Positions 59,448-64,000 of a stretch of DNA of 64,000 bases are shown here, in pieces. The stretch covers positions 1,024,001-1,088,000 of the forward strand of contig CAWCKY010000006.1 in the NCBI GenBank assembly GCA_963796275.1, read 5' to 3'. Numbering within the stretch: the first letter of the stretch is position 1; every line of letters begins with the position of its first letter. Under the pieces are notes generated by a model. The model ran no database searches and was not told the origin of the DNA. It saw only the letters and a list, made by a program, of their open reading frames with translations. Origin of the DNA: an uncultured Acidobacteriota bacterium (GTDB taxonomy: Bacteria; Acidobacteriota; Blastocatellia; RBC074). A program made the translations under genes and the position numbers.

Positions 59448-60304
59448 GGAGTTCCGCCTTCAGGCGGTCTGGAATTATGCGAAAAGAAAAGCCCGCGTAA
59501 ACGCGGAACTCCAAACGCGATAGTTCGGACTTCCGCCTTCAGGCGGTCTGGAATTATGCGAAAAGAAAAAGCCCGCGTAAACGCGGAACTCCAAACGCGA
59601 TAGTTCGGACTTCCGCCTTCAGGCGGTCTGGAATTATGCGAAAAGAAAAGCCCGCGTAAACGCGGAACTCCAAACGCGATAGTTCGGACTTCCGCCTTCA
59701 GGCGGTCTGGAATTATGCGAAAAGAAAAAGCCCGCGTAAACGCGGAACTCCAAACGCGATAGTTTGGAGTTCCGCCTTCAGGCGGTCTGGAATTATGCGA
59801 AAAGAAAAGCCCGCGTAAACGCGGAACTCCAAACGCGATAGTTCGGACTTCCGCCTTCAGGCGGTCTGGAATTATGCGAAAAGAAAAGCCCGCGTAAACG
59901 CGGAACTCCAAACGCGATAGTTCGGACTTCCGCCTTCAGGCGGTCTGGAATTATGCGAAAAGAAAAGCCCGCGTAAACGCGGAACTCCAAACGCGATAGT
60001 TCGGACTTCCGCCTTCAGGCGGTCTGGAATTATGCGAAAAGAAAAGCCCGCGTAAACGCGGAACTCCAAACGCGATAGTTCGGACTTCCGCCTTCAGGCG
60101 GTCTGGAATTATGCGAAAAGAAAAGCCCGCGTAAACGCGGAACTCCAAGCGATAGTTCGGACTTCCGCCTTCAGCCGGTCTGGAATTATGCGAAAAGAAA
60201 AGCCCGCGTAAACGCGGAACTCCAAGCGATAGTTCGGACTTCCGCCTTCAGCCGGTCTGGAATTATGCGAAAAGAAAAGCCCGCGTAAACGCGGAACTCC
60301 AAAC
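59448..60304. repeat. Tandem array of eleven 77-80 bp REP-doublet units (same family as 10048..10740, opposite orientation)
   Basis: Units start at 59448, 59527, 59607, 59686, 59766, 59845, 59924, 60003, 60082, 60159 and 60236; GGA(G/C)TTCCGCC-TTCA-GGCGG + linker + CCGCG-TAAA-CGCGGAACTCC. Confidence 0.92.
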
Positions 60305-60325
60305 ATTTAGAAAAACACTCCTCGG

Positions 60326-63063
60326 CTAACTGTGAGGGATACCGTGCGAGGAAAGACCCGGTCCGCTATTCAATTTTCCCGCGAGACTGGAGATCACGAG
60401 TAACAGTTCGGCTGGATCAACCGGCTTCGGGATGTGCATCTGATAGCCGGCGGCCAGCGCCAGCAAGCGGTCCCTACTCCGCGCCATCGCAGTTAAGGCG
60501 ATAGCTGGAATCCGCGCGGAAAGCTTGATACCGAGTTTTCGTTCGAGCGTCCGCACGCGCGCCATAACTGAGTATCCGTCTTCATCCGGCATGGCGATGT
60601 CACATACAAGTATCTCGGGCCAATCTCCAGCCGGCAGGGATGAGAGATACGCCAGCGCTTCACTCCCTGAAGAGACGGTGGTCACGACCGCTCCGGTTTT
60701 GCTCAGGAACTTCGTGAGCATCTCTCTCGCGTCTTGCTGGTCGTCCACTGCCAGCACGCGCATGCCCGCCAGCATTCCGTTGAGCAGCGGATTCGCGACA
60801 TCTGAATCAGTCTTCCCGGCGGCGGCAATGGCCGTTAGTGCCGGAGGTTCTTCTACAGTTGCCGCGCTGCGCCCCGCTCGCGGGAGCATTATGGTGAAGG
60901 TCGAGCCGCGACCCGCCCCCTCGCTGGCCACCATAACTTCGCCTCCGTGCAATTCGACCAGGTGCTTGACCAGCGACAGCCCCAGACCCAGCCCGCCATG
61001 CCGCCGCGATGCCGAGCTGTCCTCCTGGCGGAAACGGTCGAAGAGGTAAGGCACGAAATCCGGGTCAATGCCTTTTCCCGTATCGCTGACGATTATGTGG
61101 ACCTGCTCGATGCTTTGTTCGGTACGCAATTCGACGCTCCCACCTTCTTGCGTGAATTTGATCGCGTTCGAAAGCAGATTCCAGACCACCTGCCGCAACC
61201 TCGCGGCGTCGCACATGATCATTTCCTGTTTTATGTTCAGCTTCGTGCGAAGGGTGATGCCCTTGTTTTCAGCCATCGGACGTACAACGTCGAGCGCATC
61301 GGCGAGTACAGTGTGAATGTCTGTCAGCTCCATTTCCAACCGCAGCTTTCCGCTGGCGATGCGCGCGGAATCGAGCAGATCTTCGATCAATTGCAGCTGC
61401 AAACGGGCATTGCGTTCGATGACGTCGCAGCTCGTTTTCAACAGCACCAAATCTCCGGGCTTGGCGCGCAGCATACGGTTGTACCCAAGAATCGATGTGA
61501 GCGGCGAACGAAGTTCATGCGAGACGACAGCGAGGAAATCATCTTTCGAGCGGTTTGCGGTTTCCGCGTCGGCGCGTGCCGCCGATTCCTGCTCGTAGAC
61601 GGCGCGCAGGGCTGCTTCGGCCTGTTTACGTTCGAGGAAATCCGACGCCTGTCGCGCCAGCAAATCCATCATGCGCAACTCGTTTTCTTCCAGTTGATGC
61701 GGTTGGGCGAAATGCGTGGAAATCATGCCCAACAGTTTTCCATCGGCGCTCATCAGCAGGGTAGATTGCACGGCACGAACGCCAGCCTCGAGGAGCACGT
61801 CGAGGGCAGGTTGCCCGGCGAAAATTTCACTCTGCATCACATCTTCCATCACCACTCGCTCGCTGTTCTGAAAGGCCGAACCGCAAGCGGAAGATTCATC
61901 GCGCACGTTTGCGAAGAAGTCCAGAAAAGGTTTCTCAAAGCCGTGCTGAGCTGCGATCACAAGCGAATCTGATGCGGGATCGAACAGTTGAATATTACCC
62001 TTATGCGCTTGGGTGACGGAGATCGCCGCCTCGAGGATACTCTGCAGGCATTGATTGAAGTCATTCCCGGGACGCACGCAAAAATTACCAGCCTCGGTAG
62101 ATCTGAGTCATGGCTTGCAGGTCGGCGGCAATCCGAGCCTGGCTCCTATACAGGTCTGCTTCCGCCCGTTTGCGACTGGTAATATCGTGGGCGATGACCG
62201 AAACCGCGCTCGTCCTGCCCGCCGCGTCTTTGATGGGGGACCCCGTCAACCGCACGTCGACGTAAGTGCCGTCGCGCCGCCTCCGCACCGTTTCCAGATT
62301 GATTACGGGCTGGCCATGCTTGAGCGCCGAATTGAATAATTTCAGCGCCTCTTCAGTTTGGTCGGGCGGGACAATAGCCGTAATCGACTGCCCGAGAATT
62401 TCCTCCGCCGTCCAGCCGTAAAGTCTCTCCGCGCCTTTGTTCCAACTGTGAACCCGCAGATACTAAATCGTAAGAATAGATCGCATCAGCCGTCGATTCG
62501 ACTATGGCTACCAGCTGAGCGCGCGCAGCTTCATTCCGTTTGCGTTCGCTGATGTCGCGGACGACAGCCAACGTGCCGACTATTATGCCGTTCTCGTCGC
62601 GCATCTGATTGACGGTTGATTCGACGAGAAGCTCAGTGCCGTCGCGTGTGACGTGGATGTTTTCGCCACGCCATCCGCCGGTCGCTGCGAGGGCCGCCAG
62701 TGCCTTCGTCTCATCCTCCGGGCGGACCCAGCGGTATTCATATAGCTCATTCAGCGGACGTCCGAGCGCATCGGTGGCGGCCACGCCATACCTCTGTTCG
62801 GCCGCCAGGTTGAAGTAAGTCACGCGCATGTCGTTGTCCACTGCGATGACCGCGTCGTTGACCTGCGACAGTACTTTGCCGTGATAGCGGTTTGAGGATG
62901 ATGTGCCGGGCTTTTCGAACAAATAAACCTGTTCTCCCGCAATGATCGCGTCCACCTCGTCATCGCGGATCGCCCGCAGGTTTTCTTCCGTATCTTCCAA
63001 TCGTGCGCGCAATTCAGCGTTTTCCGCCAGGAGCGCCTGTTCCGTCTTGCTTATGGGGGTCAT
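60326..63063 (-). CDS. PAS-PAS-GAF hybrid histidine kinase with receiver domain, broken by about three frameshifts (near 62460, 62330 and 62095)
   Basis: LRAIR..EVDAII N-terminus; PAS motifs (FNLAAE, WNKGAE in shifted frame, RDISERK, HDITSRK); GAF; SHELRSPL H-box; NLLSNAIKFT; GLGLGL; REC VDD...CDIAMP...KP. Confidence 0.85.
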
Positions 63064-63245
63064 AATTTTCGTTCTCACAGAGTAGTTTGGGTCCGCCTTC
63101 GGTAGTCAGCCGTTTGTCGTCCTGACCTCCCGGTGGAACGAACCTCGATATTTCCTCCGGCTGAGCACTAAGCCGGGCAGGATGTGACCGGTCTGCGACA
63201 GATAGCCATTGATGTGCCGGGGGCAGCGGCAGCTGGCGTTTTTTA

Positions 63246-63566
63246 TCACCTCGGGTTTAATGGTTTTATTTCCAGTCCGACCAGCACGCGTTCTTCATTC
63301 GACAGATCGCCAATAATCTTTTTGAGCGGCGGCGGCAATTTCCGCACCAGCGTCGGGATGGCCAGTATCTGGTCATTGGCAGCCAGCTTGGGGTGTTCGA
63401 TCAAGTCAATCACTTCAATTTCGTATTGTCCGTCCAGATGGGTCTCGCAGATGTGCCTGAGGTGGGCGAGTGCGGCGATTGACTTCTCGGTTTGCCCGGC
63501 GATGTATAGCCGTAACTGCCAGTCGATTTTTTCTCGCCCTTTTTTTCGGCTTGGGGTTGTTCTCAT
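63246..63566 (-). CDS. kaiB: Circadian clock protein KaiB
   Basis: [53 protein letters not shown]. Confidence 0.95.
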   Translation of the reverse strand: MRTTPSRKKGREKIDWQLRLYIAGQTEKSIAALAHLRHICETHLDGQYEIEVIDLIEHPKLAANDQILAIPTLVRKLPPPLKKIIGDLSNEERVLVGLEIKPLNPR

Positions 63567-64000
63567 CGTTCTCTCCCAGGCGGAATGCGCCCATCTTGGA
63601 CCGGAGCGATCGCGCCATCGCGCCGCTGCCCCATTATTTTCGCCTTCCCCTCTATGTCAGTTTCCATCTCCTTCTGCGCGATAACAACGTCGGTTTCCGC
63701 CGTTGCCGCATCGATTTCGATCTGCAGTGCGGCGATCTGGGCTTCGAGAGCTTTGCGTTTGGCACCAAGCTCGTGCAGCCGGCGTTCGTGACCCTGTCGA
63801 CGTAGCGCGGCGGCCGCGCGTTCCCGCGCCTCCTGTGCGATGCGTGCCGTACCCGTCAAGACCTGGTCGCTGCCGAGGTAGACATCCAAAAGTTCAACGC
63901 CGTCACTCGTAATGAGAAATTCACGCACCTGATTGGAATGCGCCATCCCCCGCGATTTCAGTACATAGAGTGTACGATTGCGTTCTCCGTTGTTTTCGAC
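63563..64000 (-). CDS. kaiC: C-terminal part of KaiC (coiled-coil-extended type), truncated by window end
   Basis: [34 protein letters not shown]....VLTGTAR; overlaps kaiB by ATGA. Confidence 0.9.
   Translation of the reverse strand, partial: VENNGERNRTLYVLKSRGMAHSNQVREFLITSDGVELLDVYLGSDQVLTGTARIAQEARERAAAALRRQGHERRLHELGAKRKALEAQIAALQIEIDAATAETDVVIAQKEMETDIEGKAKIMGQRRDGAIAPVQDGRIPPGRER

Noticed and set aside
59448-60304. CRISPR array, or the repeat-encoded ORFs (59198..59911 and the 65-aa ORFs)
   Set aside because: Linkers are identical. The 79-bp period is not a multiple of 3, so the ORFs cycle through frames and are by-products of the repeat.
60947-61972. 341-aa + strand ORF
   Set aside because: Antisense shadow of the histidine kinase.

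Overview
Bacterial chromosomal window of moderate-to-high GC. Gene content and repeat style suggest Acidobacteriota, possibly Blastocatellia (inference). Bases 1-20 kb hold housekeeping and envelope genes: two TlpA-like thioredoxins, a YdcF protein, gyrA, a TPR lipoprotein, an Hfq-like protein, a CocE/NonD hydrolase, an S41 protease homologue that has lost its catalytic dyad, an acyl-CoA carboxylase beta subunit, a membrane patatin-like protein, an S9 peptidase and a NarL regulator. Bases 21.4-58.2 kb form one ~37 kb Wzx/Wzy-type polysaccharide cluster. Its core includes Wzz, a degenerate BY-kinase, Wza, a flippase, a Wzy/ligase-like protein, glycosyltransferases, an AlgD-like dehydrogenase, a heparinase II/III-family lyase and two AsnB amidotransferases. 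Its distal part carries an unusual tailoring block: GT-C, LLM monooxygenase, DltA-like adenylation enzyme, formyltransferase, carrier protein, DPM1/ArnC-like GT2, FAD oxidoreductase, GNAT and deacetylase. This block is the best candidate for an undescribed system. The end of the window has EVE-nth and a kaiC-kaiB-hybrid histidine kinase operon. Two tandem arrays of a 79-bp REP doublet (8 and 11 copies) belong to one family and are not CRISPR. A ~255-bp MITE-like element is also present. Several single-base frameshifts, one in essential gyrA, point to long-read consensus errors. No rRNA, tRNA, CRISPR array or transposase was recognised. All calls come from motif reading by eye, with no database searches.
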